A stretch of 64,000 nucleotides of DNA, from the NCBI GenBank assembly GCA_021613535.1, contig CP075495.1, forward strand, positions 1,736,001 to 1,800,000, given 5' to 3'. This document shows positions 38,124 through 51,195 of the stretch, piece by piece. A program made the translations under genes and the position numbers. Every line of letters begins with the position of its first letter. Position 1 is the stretch's first letter. This DNA comes from Adineta vaga. Taxonomy: Eukaryota; Animalia; Rotifera. Below the pieces are notes generated by a model. The model searched no databases and had not been told where the DNA came from. It was given only the letters and a program-made list of their open reading frames with translations.

Positions 38124-39068
38124 TTAATTTATTTGAGATATTGTCTGTGATGGAGTTTGATTTGTGGTATTTGCGACAAGAGGGATAGCGGAATATGTTG
38201 TACTTAAAGATGGATAAGATACAGTTGTTGGCATTTGTAAGGAGGCAACGATAGGTTGTTGAACAGAAGATGGTACTGGTGGATTCTGTGAAATGATTGG
38301 GACTCCACTAGGAAGTGTTATTGCAGATGGATGAGAGAAAGTTGTTGAAGCTTGCGTTGTAGGAACAGTAGGATATTGTAATGGTGGTTGATAAGGAGTA
38401 ACAGTTGAAGTTCGAAATAGAGAAGTATTAAGATGTTGAGTTGAGAGGTGATGAACAGGAACAGCTGATATTTGTGAAGAACTTTGAGAATAAGTAGGAG
38501 TTGTTGAAGATTGTATAGGTAGTTGATAGGATGGAGCGTGTATTAGCTGAGGTGGACCAAGATCAGGTAGTTTTCTTCGTACTTTTATTCGATTCAGTGT
38601 TGAACTCTTTGAATTACCATTACGTTTCATCGATTTTGTTGGATATGTAAGATTATTTTGTTCATTATCTATTTGTTCTTCATCAGGTGAATGTGAACCA
38701 TTTTCTTCATCATTGTAGTCATAATCATAATCGTCATTATCATCACATGGATGTTTTCTCATTGGCATCGTTGATGATGCTTTTTCATACCAAACTTTAT
38801 CTGGTGATGGTGTACGTGGTTTAACTAATACTTTTTCATCGAAATTAACTGTTCGATTCATTAATAAAGGTTTTGTTCTTAACATTGATAATGGTTCTGG
38901 TCCTTCTCTACCATATGGATATGGTTTTTTCAGTACACCTTTCACATACGGTGGTACAGGTATTGCAATAGGAGGTAAGGGTTGTTGTACAGTTGGATTT
39001 CTATATAATCGATCGATAGGAATATGATTATATGGACTAATAGTTGGAGATGTTTGAGCACAACCCAT
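38124..39068 (-). CDS. Intronless low-complexity protein with N-terminal MGC acylation motif and PP1-docking-like motifs
   Basis: Starts MGCAQTS; KGVLKK and RTVNF motifs; acidic patch and Pro/Ser/Thr-rich tail. Confidence 0.65.
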   Translation of the reverse strand: MGCAQTSPTISPYNHIPIDRLYRNPTVQQPLPPIAIPVPPYVKGVLKKPYPYGREGPEPLSMLRTKPLLMNRTVNFDEKVLVKPRTPSPDKVWYEKASSTMPMRKHPCDDNDDYDYDYNDEENGSHSPDEEQIDNEQNNLTYPTKSMKRNGNSKSSTLNRIKVRRKLPDLGPPQLIHAPSYQLPIQSSTTPTYSQSSSQISAVPVHHLSTQHLNTSLFRTSTVTPYQPPLQYPTVPTTQASTTFSHPSAITLPSGVPIISQNPPVPSSVQQPIVASLQMPTTVSYPSLSTTYSAIPLVANTTNQTPSQTISQIN

Positions 39069-39500
39069 GCCTATCAAAGAAGTTTCGATAGTGTTTATAA
39101 AACGAAAATCTTTAAGATGAATTCGTCTAATTTTTTTCTTCTGGTAACAATATGATTCAACTTACATATGAATACGATGGTGTGTGTTGTACAAGAATTC
39201 AATCGTTTAAAGTGTTGATGTGTCGCATGAGAGATGGAATGGAATCATTATATAAGTATGGTTGAAAGTGAAAGAGCAGACTAAGGACAGGTTGATGCCA
39301 ATAAAAAAGATTTCTTTTGCTGATGTCAAGAAAAAATACATAGAAGAACATTATTGGATTCCATGAACAGAACGTAAAACAAATACGTTTTTTTATTTTA
39401 TTTGTTTAATATAATTATCAAGTAGGGAATCAATTTTTCTTTATTCTGAATGGAAAGGATTGATAAGAATTTATTTGTTTATAATAAAATTCCTTTTAAG

Positions 39501-41201
39501 ATGATAAAAGTCATATTTTTTCTTTTGTTATTATTCGTGACACAAAGTGATGAACATCTCGTACGGAATCATCATCACAGACCGAAGTCATCTAGGAGAT
39601 ATCGCATTTCACCATCAACTGGTGTACGAATAGCTTTGCCGAGTAAATAAATATCATTGTGTATAAAAAGTTAAACTCTCATTCATTTCTATTAGCACCT
39701 GAACAACTCAAATGGCAAGCTCAAGAATTAGCTGTATTAGTTACATTCAATATGGCTACGTATTTGAATACAGACGGTTGTCCAGATCAATATGTTGCTG
39801 ATATTTCTTTATTTAATCTATATTTATTGAATACGGATAATTGGGTTCAAACTATGGTTGATTTAGGTGCTCAATACGCTGTTCTAGTTGCAAAAGTAAG
39901 ATGAAAATTTAATTCTTGGAATATGTGTACATCGTTGATAATTAAAGCATGGATGTGGTTTTCTAATGGCTCCTTCAAATGTTCGATTTCCTTTGAATCC
40001 ATCAGGACAAATTATTTCCTATAATTATACTGTTGGTTATTCTCCAGTGAAAGGTCGTAACATTCTTGATGAATTTATTAAAAGTTGTGGAAAACGACAA
40101 ATACGAACTGGATTTTATTATACAGTTGTCGTTAATAATTGGTTAAATGTTCTAGATGGTTTCGTAAGGAGATCTTTTGTCGATATATAATGCATAAGTA
40201 TATTGAGTATTAAGGTACAAAATCGTACATTAAAACCTGGACAACTTAATATTACCCAACAAACTTACGATAGTGTTGTTCTAGAACAATTAAGAGAACT
40301 ATGGACAGAATATGGTAGTTTAAATGAAATTTGGTTTGATGGAGGGTTTGTTAAGTTGAACATGTCACGTTATATTCTTTTCTTTTTATGTTTGTATAGA
40401 TATACACAAAGTTTGAAAGATCCCATTCGTGCTCTCTTGACTGAACTTCAACCTGATGCAATTGCCTTTAATGGATATGGAGTTTCACATAATCCTGCTC
40501 GATGGATTGGTACTGAGATGGGTGTTGCACCTGATCCAAATTGGTCCACTGGTATCACAGAAGATGGTGGTGACCCAGATAGTCCAATATTTTGTCCTGC
40601 AGAATGTGATACAACGCTTCAAAATGATGATCGATGGTTTTGGGTATTATGATAAATAATTCTTTTTGTTTATATTTATAGTGTGAATTATCTAGGGTGT
40701 GAATACAACACTTCGTCCATTATCTGAACTTATTCAAGTTTATCATGAAACTGTTGGTCGAAATTGTATACTAATGCTCGATCTCACACCTGATCGAACT
40801 GGTCTCATTCCACCTGAATATGCAAGTCGTTATAAAGAACTTGGTGATTTTATTCGTTCATGTTATGGTACTTCTGTTCCGTCTACCGAACTATTCATCG
40901 TCGACGATTCTTCTCTTCATGTTCTTCTCTTTAATTCTAACCTGTCACTGTAGATCGTTCAGTTATTCAAGAAGATCAAACAAATGGTCAAGTCATTCGA
41001 GAATATACCATCGATGTACAATTAGCGAATGCAACTGATATTAATGAATGGATAACAGTAGCCAAAGGTACAAATGTTGGAAATAAGAAGATTGATGTAT
41101 GGTCCATAGGAGCACAATTAGTGAGTGGTGTTCGATTGAATATAACAAAATCTGTTGATAAACCTGTAATAAAAGCATTTACTGTTCATTTATGTAATTG
41201 A
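39501..41201 (+). CDS. Secreted alpha-L-fucosidase, GH29 subfamily B (bacterial/plant type); 1-nt frameshift near 40940
   Basis: Signal peptide; PEQLKWQ, AVLVAKHGCGF, EIWFDGG, RWIGTEMG, PAECDTTL..WFW, YHETVGRN, C-terminal IQEDQTNGQVIREY and GTNVGNKKI; 5 introns. Confidence 0.88.
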
Positions 41202-41601
41202 AACTCTCCTTTTTATTAGACAATCATCCTTACTATATTTGTAAATTTGTATTATAATTAAATTTTCAATAAAATGATTATAAACTATTTTTCTCACTGT
41301 CGAAAAAATGCGACATCTATCGTTGTAAATTTATTGCTTTCAAAGTGCATATATGATGAAATATTTTCTTACATATAGTTAATTTAAGCAAATATTTATG
41401 ATATTTAATTCAAAAATATCATGCTAAGTATTATTCAATTGCTTTTGATTCGTTCTTACACTAATATTCGGATGTCACCGTTGCTCTTGCCCAATCAAAT
41501 AACTTTTCATTGGCTCCTTCTATAAACTTCGTGATATATTCCCTATTTGTGACTAACTATTCTTTTTTTGTAAATACTATCAATACTACTTTTACTATAA
41601 A

Positions 41602-42490
41602 ATGTACGATAAAACAATGGCATCAAATTCTCGTCGATTACCATTAACAAATACAAATTCTCGTTCATCATCTTCAACAATAGTTAAACGTCAATCATCT
41701 GGTCATATTCCATCACTCACAACTAATTCTCGTTCATTATTAAATAGTACAAATCTTCCACAACGATCTATTTCGACAAATAATAATCATAACAACAAAA
41801 ATAAACGTAAAACTGATGAATATGAAAATGAATCATTCAAATACGATGTTCCTACAAGTAATTATGCTTCTATTCGAAAAACACAAATAACACAATCATC
41901 CATTGCAAAACGTGTTAAACTAGATCAATCAATGACATCGGTATGAGTTGTTTATATTTTATGCTAAAATTAGAAGAAGAAGAAACTTGTGACGATTATT
42001 TTAGAAAAAGTCATCAATCTCAGAAGATGGAACATTACGAATTGTTACATCAACTATTCAAGGAATGAAGCATTGGACGAATAAACAATTATCCTATCCA
42101 ATTCTATTTGAAATATTCGGTAAACTTGATTCTCAAGTAACATCATTATCAGCAACGCATACGCGACAATTTTCATTAATCGATGATAAAGATCGTATTG
42201 AATGTACGTTTGCTGAAATGGATCAATCATTTTCAAATATCGATCGAGATGTTCAACTTCGGTAATAGATTGAAAAATCATTCTTATTTTATTTGAGAAG
42301 AAATATTGGATTTTTCTCTAGAATTATTTGTCGATTGGAACATGGAAATGCCATTGCTCGTTGTATTGCTATTCGTGTTGCTAATAAAGATGAATGGCGT
42401 GAACGACGTTCTATGATAAAACAATGTGATATTCAATTGAATGAAGATGATCTTAATCGAAAGAAAATGAAGAAAAATTCGAAAAAATAG
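41602..42490 (+). CDS. SPATA22: SPATA22-like protein (disordered N-terminus + OB fold; MEIOB partner)
   Basis: LRIVTSTIQGMKHW..ILFEIFGKLDSQVT..F.L.D....I.C.F.EMD..R.I...C.AIRVA aligns from memory with the SPATA22 C-terminal pattern LRII...MKYW..LFEV...LDSAV..F...D....L.C.FYEIDR..C.SVRPA; 2 introns. Confidence 0.75.
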
Positions 42491-42619
42491 TTTTATTTTT
42501 TTTATTATATCTAGATGTTTTTCTATGTATAGATTTATTTTTTATTATATGTATATAGATATACATACAAGATCTTTCTGTCAGATAAGAAATTGAACGA
42601 ATTGTCTTTATTTTTCTAG

Positions 42620-43442
42620 ATGCCTGAAGATAAAGAAGCACAAGTTTATACTGCCGAACAAATTCTTCTCAAACGAATACGAAAAGTAAGAAGAGACAAA
42701 TTTTTATATCTCAATTTGTAATGTTTTCTTCTAGGGAAAAGTTGAATACTATATCAAATGGAAAGGATGGGCTGCTAAGTAAGTTCTTTGAAATATTTTC
42801 AATAATCTCACTCAATTAATTCTAGATGGAATACTTGGGAACCGGAAAAACATATTTTAGACAAACTACTCATTGCAGATTTTAATAATCGGTAAGTTTT
42901 ATCTGAAAACATATATATTGTTTATCTTGTATTTTTTCTTGTTTAGAACTCGAAAACAACAGAAAAGTATATCTCTTGTTCGCAATAGTGTGACGAAACG
43001 TCGAGCAACAACAAAAACTACTCGTGCAACTAATACGAATCGAACACGACGCCTTCGAAGTTCTTCATTATCGAATACTTCGACATCTGCTGTACCATCT
43101 CCTGTAACAACTGATGAAGATTCGTTATCAAAAGAAAAACTTGATGTTAAACAAATTGATGTAGATAAATGTGGATCAAATCGAAAAGATTCATCAGATG
43201 AATCCGAACATGACGAAGAGAAATTACTTGTAAATGAAAAATCACAAATCGATGAATCAATACGCGATCTTTTATGGGAACCGACGAAACTCTCAACAAA
43301 TACAACATCAATTACAGAAGTAACGGATCAAACTGGTGTAACCGTTTTAATTCGCGAGATAAACGATATTTCAACATCGAATAACAATCGCACGGGACGT
43401 TTTCTTGGCTATGGAAATGGTGGTCGAGGTGGCAAACATTAA
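42620..43442 (+). CDS. CBX: Polycomb/CBX chromodomain protein
   Basis: VYTAEQILLKRIRK|GKVEYYIKWKGWAAK|WNTWEPEKHILD chromodomain and a C-terminal Pc-box ITEVTDQTGVTVLIRE. Confidence 0.88.
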
Positions 43443-43768
43443 AAAACAACTCGTCATTAATTCTTGTTTTTTACCGGTATTTTGTTTTTCATCTTGATTG
43501 ATTTTGTATATGTATGTATTTGTATTGTTTTGTTTTGTTTCTTCTGTCTTTTAAAACATAAACTAGAATCTCTTTGTCACGTTTTTTTTAACATACTAAT
43601 TTTTCTTTTTTGTGTATTTATTAATCAATTCTTTATTAAAAAAAAGATTTCTAAAGAAAAATTCATTTTGTTTTTAAGATGAAAAACTTACATGTATCGT
43701 CGATGAAAACAAGAGGTAGTTGTCGAGCTTTTCTACAAGCTCATTACTAACGAATTGAATTCTTTCAG

Positions 43769-44686
43769 ATGTTCGAGTATCTTCCCAATGAAATTATTCT
43801 TCATATATTTTCTTTTCTTGATTTAACTGATCTTTATCGAGCTTTTTCATCTCTTAATAGTCGTTTGGAATGTTTATTATACGATCAATTGACACCATTA
43901 TTTGCTCGTTTAACTCCGAAAACAGATATTCCATTAGAAAAATTCCTTTTTCGACTAACAAATCTTTCTTTAATTGAATGGATACCAAAGGATGTTATTT
44001 CATTTCTTCAATACTCGAAATTTCCACAATTAACTTCCTTAGATATTATTTCAACAAATAATCTTTATTTTGGTCAACCAATCAATGAATTAATTCATAA
44101 AATACTTCATTTACCAAAACTTCGTCGATGTCAAATTGATCTATCACCAACATTATATATTCTTCAACATCATTTATCAATTTCATCATCAATTGAACAT
44201 TTAAAATTAAGCATGATTACACTTGATATGTTATTGAATCTCTTAGTACATGTACCTAAACTTCGTTCATTAAATGTTTGGTTAAATTCAAATGGAAGAA
44301 TATTCGATCGAAATACTTATAATCAAAGTTCTTGTTGTTTAAATTTAAGAAAACTTATTCTTGGTCTTCATAATGATATTCGTTTTGAAGAAGTTCTTTT
44401 CCTATTACCTCGTATGCCCATATTACATACATTAAAACTCTCCGGATCTGTATGGGATCAAGGATTTTTAAATGATAATGATTGGAAACATATTCTTTTC
44501 GGTGAAAATTCCTTTCCATTATTGAATAGAATCAGTATCAATATATCTGTTCGTTGTACTACCGATGTACCGAATTTGAATATACTTTCAACGCAATTTA
44601 ACAAAAAACATTTTCACGAAACAAATTTCTTTGTAACTTTTGATCGTAAATTTTGGTTTTATATTAAATGTTTATGGAATAGTTAA
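43769..44686 (+). CDS. F-box/LRR-like protein, intronless CDS
   Basis: FEYLPNEIILHIFSFL..DLYRAFSSLNSRL F-box followed by LxxLxL repeats. Confidence 0.85.
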   Translation: MFEYLPNEIILHIFSFLDLTDLYRAFSSLNSRLECLLYDQLTPLFARLTPKTDIPLEKFLFRLTNLSLIEWIPKDVISFLQYSKFPQLTSLDIISTNNLYFGQPINELIHKILHLPKLRRCQIDLSPTLYILQHHLSISSSIEHLKLSMITLDMLLNLLVHVPKLRSLNVWLNSNGRIFDRNTYNQSSCCLNLRKLILGLHNDIRFEEVLFLLPRMPILHTLKLSGSVWDQGFLNDNDWKHILFGENSFPLLNRISINISVRCTTDVPNLNILSTQFNKKHFHETNFFVTFDRKFWFYIKCLWNS

Positions 44687-45844
44687 TTTCACTAGTATAA
44701 TCGCTCGAAGATGTTTTATGAGTCATATCATTATTTATCTATAGACGATTATGATTGTATACGAACAATGGATTCTAAAAACTAGATAGAATGTTTATTC
44801 AACCGGAAAGTATAGAGTAACAAAGATATACGAAACAAATCGCTTTGTGAAAAAGATAGAAATCAATCGAGTATGGGTGAATGCTTCAGTAGATTTTAAC
44901 GTTTACGTATGTATATATATATTCGATATTCCTTACTAATTCATGCAAATATTATTAGTTGTAGATTCGAGTAAGTTCAAAAGTAAATGATGGATGTTTG
45001 TTTATTGAAAACTAATCTTGTACAATATGATATGAATCGAATGACTTGTAAGACATCTTGTAAGTGATTTTGTTTAGTAATTTTAAAGAATAAAATGTTT
45101 TAATTATATAGTTGGTCTTCATTTTAAATGACTAAATATAAATCCATCAGAAATACTTTTAGATATAAAAGATACCATATTTTGTTTTTTTGTATGATTG
45201 ACTGATTATCAATGTCATTCTTATATTCTTCACGTAAGTTATCAATATTCATTTGATAAGATTCTTACATATCTTGACGCATCGAAATCTCTCTTCTTTT
45301 TTTTAATGAGTTAAGTACAATCTTATCTTTCATATGGTTCGATCATGGTCAGAATTGTCATGTTATAACAGACATGGCGCGATCCCATAAATACACAAAC
45401 GAGATATATAAATATAAAATTTTCGACTTAGTCTTTCTTTTCATCGTTAAATTACTTGTTTGAAATGACGAATAGGAAGCAGAAGCGTTTTCTTTTTCTT
45501 CTGTGTTGATAGCAACATGTTGTCGATAAACATTCTGCTTAGATACACTACAGTACAACGTGTAGTTTCAATTGACAACAAGATATGATTTGTAATGCTT
45601 ATGACAATTTGTTTTTAGGATGTTATTAACTGTTTTATTCTTATTCAATGAATACGTTGACTCGAAAACTAAATCATTTTTTCTTGTCATCTTATCGACA
45701 AAGAATAAGTATCTCTCCGATAAGGAATAGATTAGGAACTATTTGGACATCGAATAATGTTACAGTTTGTATGATTCAACATCGAGGTAAACTTTAATGT
45801 AGAAGAAAAGTAATTTTAAAAAACATCTTGTTTCAGATTTAACT

Positions 45845-46951
45845 ATGACTTCATCATCAAGTTTAACTATATTGAATTCATACTATGATATCATAGTTGA
45901 TGATCTTGTGACAAATTATTCTTCCCAAACGACGAATAATAAATATTTACAAATGATTTTATCTCATTTTAAAACTGTGATTGATTATAATGTTAGTGAT
46001 GGAAAGAAACTTCGTGGAACAACAGTTATTGATACAGTACGTGCAATGACATCGAATTCATCAGATGAATCATTAATAAAACACGCAGCAATACTTGGTT
46101 GGTGTATTGAATTATTACAAGGTGCATTTCTTATTGCTGATGATCTTATGGATCATTCATTGACACGACGTGGAAAAACATGTTGGTATTTAAAAATCAA
46201 AGAAAAAGAAACATCAGTTAATGATTCATTCTATTTATATTCATCCACATTTATATTAATGAATAAATATTTTCCAACAAATATGAAATTATCTCATTTA
46301 TTCAACGAATGTTTTCAACGAACAGTGATTGGTCAAGGTTAAAAAAAAACATATTTTCTTCTCTCTTCGAATTGTTATTCGTTTTTTCTTCTCATAGGTC
46401 TCGATTTAGAAACTCCAACATATTTACCAACAATTGATCTTTATACTGAAGAACATTACTATACAGTTGTAACATGGAAAACAGCTTATTATACAATTGC
46501 ATTACCCATTCTTTCTGGTTTATTGCTAACGTCACCTGATCTTGCTGATCATCCATCGTTAAGATCCATTGCTGTTGATATTGGCATTTATTTTCAAGTT
46601 CAAGATGATTATCTTGACTGTTATGGTGATTTAAAACAAACGGGTAAAATTGGTACGGATATTCAAGAACAAAAATGTTCATGGCTTGTTGTTCAAGCTG
46701 TCAAATTATTGAAAGATAATGATGAAAAACTTCAAATTCTTCGTGATAATTATGGTTTTGATGATGAAAGTAAAGTTCAATGTGTTAAAAAGATATATGG
46801 AGAGTTAAATTTAAAAGAAATCTATCGACAATATGAAGAAACAACCTATGAAAATATTTTACAACGTATTAATCAAGCAAATTTTCAATGTGAACAACTC
46901 GAACAATTATTAAAACAAATTTTAGATAGTATTCATGCACGAAGCAAATGA
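45845..46951 (+). CDS. FDPS: Farnesyl diphosphate synthase family short-chain prenyltransferase
   Basis: GKKLRG, LGWCIELLQ, DDLMD (FARM), TRRGKTCWY, GQGLDL, KTAYY, YFQVQDDYLD (SARM), GKIGTDIQEQKCSW; one intron. Confidence 0.93.
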
Positions 46952-47255
46952 TTCTTTTTTTTTTCTAACGCTTCAGTCAAGATTTCTAGTTTTTGACGTT
47001 GTTATAATAAAAAAAACACCAAAATAGGCATTTAAAGAATTTTAAACTCTTTTTCAGTCTTCGAAGATTGGTGCATGTAAATGCACTACAATCGATTTTA
47101 ATACTATTCCATTCTATGATGATGATTCATCTTCTATACCCTCGAAAGAGAGTCATGTCAAGCAGCAGATATACATCTATATCTAACTACGTAATCTTTT
47201 GTTCGTTCTTGTATGTTTATTTTTATTTATTTATTTATTTTTGCTCGTCTTCTCC

Positions 47256-48301
47256 ATGTTGAATACATACGATACGAATAAAATGATGGATGTTAATCGA
47301 AATTATCCAACAACTCCAACATCTGATGAACTCAAACCGCCTATATTTACCCCACGTGAACGTCATTCATCAAGTGCAGAAAGTAATTCAAATATTTATG
47401 CGATTAATCTTACGCATATACCTGAAGTTCACACACCAATTACTGATTTATCATTTAATGAACAACTTCGTCTTGAACGTGATATTGCACATCAAACATC
47501 AGTCATTACTCGTGATTCTTTTCGAACAACTTATTCAAGTTTACAAACGATGTTATCTCAAATGCAATTGAAAGTTGCTGCAGCATTTCTTCAAGAAACC
47601 GAATATTTACAACAACGTGAACAACGAATTGAATATGAAGAACAAACGTTAACTGAACGTCAAAAACAATTAGATCATATTCGATATGAACGTGAACGTA
47701 TGGAAGAAAATTTTCTTCAAATTAAAGACCGATTAGAATCTGCTGTTCGACATGTTACAAAATTTAAAACGGATGGCGTAAGTTCAATTATTTTCGTTTT
47801 CTTTACGAATTGTATCGTAAATTTTAGACTGAAATTCTTCAAACATTATTTTCTGAATCTCGACAAATTGATGAACAATTATCCGATTTAATATCTGAAT
47901 CTATGGCATCACTTGTTCGTTCTCGAACAATAATACATTCGAAAAATAATGAATTTCTTCATAAATCGGATGATATTCGTTCAGAATTACAAGATCGAAT
48001 GACATTAATTCATCAAACTGAATCAACAATAACAATGATGTTAGAATTAATACATTCATTAAATCAATTAAATACTGAACATTCTCAAGATCTTTCCATT
48101 GTTAAAACAGATTTCGATCGAAAATATCAAGAATTTACGGATCTATCTCAAACAATAAAACATGATTGGAATATAAAAAACGAATTAGAACAAATTCGTA
48201 TGTTAGAAAATGAAAAAATTCATGCACAAAAAGATCTATTAGAACAAACATTATTATTAGAAAATCTCAAAACTGTTTTAGGAAAAGCTGTTCTTCATTG
48301 A
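47256..48301 (+). CDS. Coiled-coil protein of unknown function
   Basis: Two exons (intron about 47778-47828) with long E/Q/L heptad-like sequence. Confidence 0.65.
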
Positions 48302-51195
48302 TGATCGTTCTTTTCGAACTATGTCTTTTTCTTACATATTTGTTGTATAAACATATTGTAATCCGTTTATTTGATTAAAAACTAGCATGTATATGATCAC
48401 AAGGTTTCATCATTCAATCTTCAAACAATACAATAAAGTTTGTCCTTTTCATTATAGTATTGAAATGTTGGATTGTTTTATATAGATTCTGTTTGCTAAT
48501 CACTTAGCAACAGATTGTATGGATAAAAAAAATCAAAACTTTCTTTAAAAAAAAGAAGAAGAAGAAGGTAATATTATATTAACCTTGAGCTTCAATGATG
48601 ATATATGATGACTATCAATTGATAACGTCTGACAATTTGTTTATATCTTAAAAATCGTTATATATTGCGCTATGATCATACTCGCAAAATCAACTTTCAT
48701 TCTATTTCTTCTTGTCTCTCATTAATTGATGTTCCGATCGAATTCATTCTAGTATCATCTAATGATGTCAACCTTTTCTAGTATCATCTTTTCTCAAGGT
48801 TAGAAATCGTGCTGAGCGAACATCATTACAATTCAATCAAGAAACGGCATGTGCAAACGAGAACACGTAAACATAATAATCAGTTAGCTAGTTTGTCTGT
48901 CTGTCTGTCTGTCTGTTTCTCTTGATGATGATGATGATGATGATGGTGGTAGTGGTGATAAAGTCTATCGATCTATCCATCATTTGGTAACAACTAAGAG
49001 AATGTCAAACTCGATCAATCAATTCCGATCGTTGATGAAATAAGAGAAATCTATTGAATATGAAAAATCATAGTATTATCATTTTCATATTTTTTGTTAT
49101 TTAGATAATGTAATAGAAAACATATCTGATCATAATGATTAACATTTGATTTCTCGGAAGAATCTAATGATAAAATTTATTATTATAGTTTATAGACATG
49201 TTGGTAATATTGAGAAAAGCATCATTGATTATTCGAGACATTTTCTCTCCCAATAGATTTCATTTGATCTATTCAATTTTACAGACTTTTTATGGAAATA
49301 AATTTCATTGCAAGATTTCGATCAGTTACATTCATTTAATGAAATATTGTTCTTGTCATTATTTGCCTTCTATTGACGTTTAATAAATATATACTCGAGA
49401 TGATCTTTGATCATCTTGTAGATCGTTTATCTTCGTCTTCTTCTCCCTCTTTTTTTGTCTTATATAAACAACTTGATTCTCTTATTCTGTTAACCTTAGC
49501 TACTGCTTAGTATTTATGCACGTCGTCTCTATGTGTGTTTATCACTAAGATCATACAAAATTTTTTCATTATTCACGTCAACAAGATAAGGTGCAGGAGA
49601 AGAAGAAAAAGAATTGAATATGTTCACTATTTGTGATCTAGTGACCCACTTATCGTTTTGATCAAATACAATCAGTTCAATTAAACTATCTACAATGACC
49701 TTTCATAAAATCAATGTTTTACGTACAAGAAGAAAAAAAATGTTTGTTTATTTTATTATTAATATGTCAATCTTCTCTTTGATCTTTATGACATTTACTA
49801 GTAGTTGAAATTATCATCAACATTTTTTCTTTCATTTAAAAAAAAACGAGTTAGAATCATTATTGAAGAACTGAGTTATATTTGTGAGTATAGTGGCCCT
49901 TACTTCAAGCGAGAGAAAGATAACAAACAGCTTGCAATTGTAGTTCTTTCTATGTGTTGTGAGACCTCACCCTTCTCTTCTATTCCTATGTATTCATTTG
50001 CTTCTTCCTCTTTTTGGCATACATTTTTCTCCTGCATTTATTCTTCTCTTTTTTCTCTCTCTCTCTTTCTCACACCGACATAGTCGCTCGTTACTTATTT
50101 GCATGTACAATAAGCCAATAGTCCCGTTTCTTTCTCTCCAATGTCTGTTTCTCATTGTGAACTTGTACGAACGAGAAAAAAAACGGAAGCTAGTAACAAA
50201 AATGAAGTTAATAGTCTATATGTGCTGGACATTATAGTACGTCACGTTCACTTCTTCTATACTTTATTTTGTATCAAAGAAATAAGTAAATGAATAGAGA
50301 GAGAAAAAAACCACCTAATAGCGAAATATCTCAGATAATCTGTTTGTTTTTTTTATTCTCTCTCGGCTTTTTCTTCTGCTGTTACCTTGTCCGTTTACTC
50401 TGCGTCGATAGTGTTGAAAGATACAGGGATATACTACTCGCGGTAATCAAAGAAAATGGAACAATAGATGTCAAGAGACGACGACGATGACAATAATGAT
50501 AAGCCATTTTGATCCGTCATTTGCATTGTTTTTGTTGATCTCAATTGTAGGACGATGCATTGCTAGTTGAGAGGAAATATGAGAATTGTTCGAGAAGATT
50601 TTATTCACTTTCTACTATGAGTTAATGAAAGAAATTTATAGGCAGCAGCAGCTTGACCGATGAAAATGTCTCCATTGAATACTCCGCAGGACATTTAACA
50701 ATCAAAACACAGTCGTTTTATTCTTCTCTCTCTTTCTCTTTCACTGTTTTTTTTTCTTCTTTTAGATAAACTCGTTCATTTGACAAGTTTTTTTCATCGT
50801 TATTACAACTAATTAAGTAAGTAAAACCGAATTAGTTTATTTCATGATCATTGATTATTCTTGGTATCTATTTATTTCTTCTTCTTGTCTATCAATCATG
50901 TTAACATAGAAAGAGATATAAAGAACAAAGTCTGTTACGAATTACGACGTTCTGATGGATTAGAACAAATACTTTTGTTTGTAAAAAGAAAAGAAAGACG
51001 CGAATATCAGTTGTTCACACGATTGTTTACATTTATAATTCGATAGGAATAGAAGTGTATGATGACAAATTGTATTCGAAGAAAAATAAACAATTAGAGG
51101 AAATTTTCTATGTTCGATATTTTATTAGTAATCAGAGAAATAAAAATATGTAATTTAATCTTTGAAGCAAATCAACTATGTATGTATAATAGATC

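Noticed and set aside
43716-45845. Acceptor AG just before the F-box and FPPS start codons as trans-splice sites
   Set aside because: Good donors (gtagtt, gtaaac) lie about 50 nt upstream, so ordinary 5'-UTR introns suffice.
49198-51046. Short ORFs upstream of the claudin-like gene
   Set aside because: Low-complexity non-coding sequence; overlapping frames are equally open.
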